DNA from: the human T2T-CHM13v2.0 reference genome, Homo sapiens
NCBI RefSeq assembly: GCF_009914755.1
Contig: NC_060941.1
Direction: 5' to 3' (one strand)
Length of the DNA stretch: 64,000 nt
Under the pieces are notes generated by a model. The model was not told where the DNA came from, did not search any database, and saw only the letters and a program-made list of their open reading frames with translations. Below, piece by piece: positions 63,499 to 64,000 of this stretch (within the stretch, counting starts at the first letter, position 1; every line of letters starts with the position of its first letter). Both the position numbers and the translations under genes were made by a program.

Positions 63499-63638
63499 AT
63501 CTTGTCCACTTTGATATTCCCTCGATCCACATAGAGCTCGGGTCGACGCTCCGCCTGAGTCCCCTGGAGCACATGCGGCGACACTCAGTAACTGACAAGA
63601 GGGACTCGGAGGAGGAGTCTGAGAGCACCGCCCTCTGA
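63499..63638 (+). CDS. ARHGAP44: ARHGAP44 terminal coding exon (~21): DLVHFDIPSIHIELGSTLRLSPLEHMRRHSVTDKRDSEEESESTAL*
   Basis: Acceptor ccttccag|AT, TGA at 63636-63638; class I PDZ ligand STAL. Confidence 0.96.
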
Positions 63639-64000
63639 CATGACACCGCCCATCCTGCCTCGCGTGTACATACATCACGGGCCCTAGGAACGCCGCCAGG
63701 AGCAGCGTCCATGAGCTTGCCAAGTGTTCTCTGCTGGCTCTTTCCTGCCACTGCCAACACGAGGTTGGAATTTGGCAGAAAATTGTGATCTCCAGTCCGT
63801 GTGGTGATGCTGGTGGTGCAGGTTTTGTTTGTTCCTTTCGGGTGGTGACTTCGGCCTTTTGTTTGACCTTTGCCTTTTGACTTTGTGCCTCTTTTGATCC
63901 ACTTTCAGCCTCCATGCCAGAAAACACCCACCTCTCCATCCAAGGCTGGTCAGGAACGTCCTTTGCAGGGTCGGGGTGGTGCGGGAGAGGCTCACTTTGC
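63639..64000 (+). other. ARHGAP44: ARHGAP44 3' UTR (continues beyond window)
   Basis: Follows the stop codon; no AATAAA seen before the window end. Confidence 0.85.

Overview
This is primate (almost certainly human) genomic DNA. It holds the 3' two-thirds of ARHGAP44 (RICH2, a BAR-domain RhoGAP) on the + strand. Fifteen GT-AG exons (2380-63638) splice into one continuous reading frame covering the BAR C-terminus, the RhoGAP domain, a Pro/Ser-rich tail and the PDZ-binding end ...ESESTAL*. Exon numbers 7-21 are my recollection of the canonical transcript. Introns are rich in Alu (about 40 copies or fragments), L1, MIR, MLT1 and MER elements, and most track ORFs are Alu-derived or chance. No prokaryotic features or CRISPR array are present. 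The most notable signals lie in the alternatively spliced 3' region: (1) a 52-nt cassette exon that swaps the PDZ ligand to ...MSTAV* and sits close enough to the last junction to escape NMD, with two downstream RBFOX motifs; (2) an 18-nt microexon; (3) a candidate 9-nt microexon followed by a 387-nt frameshifted, stop-containing exon-like block that may be a decayed ancestral or poison exon. Elsewhere there is a 187-bp, 98%-identical inverted duplication of an old L1 piece with a fold-back hairpin at its junction, several other fold-back scars, a palindromic double E-box and a 34-bp quasi-palindromic minisatellite. Repeat boundaries are approximate and subfamily calls are tentative.
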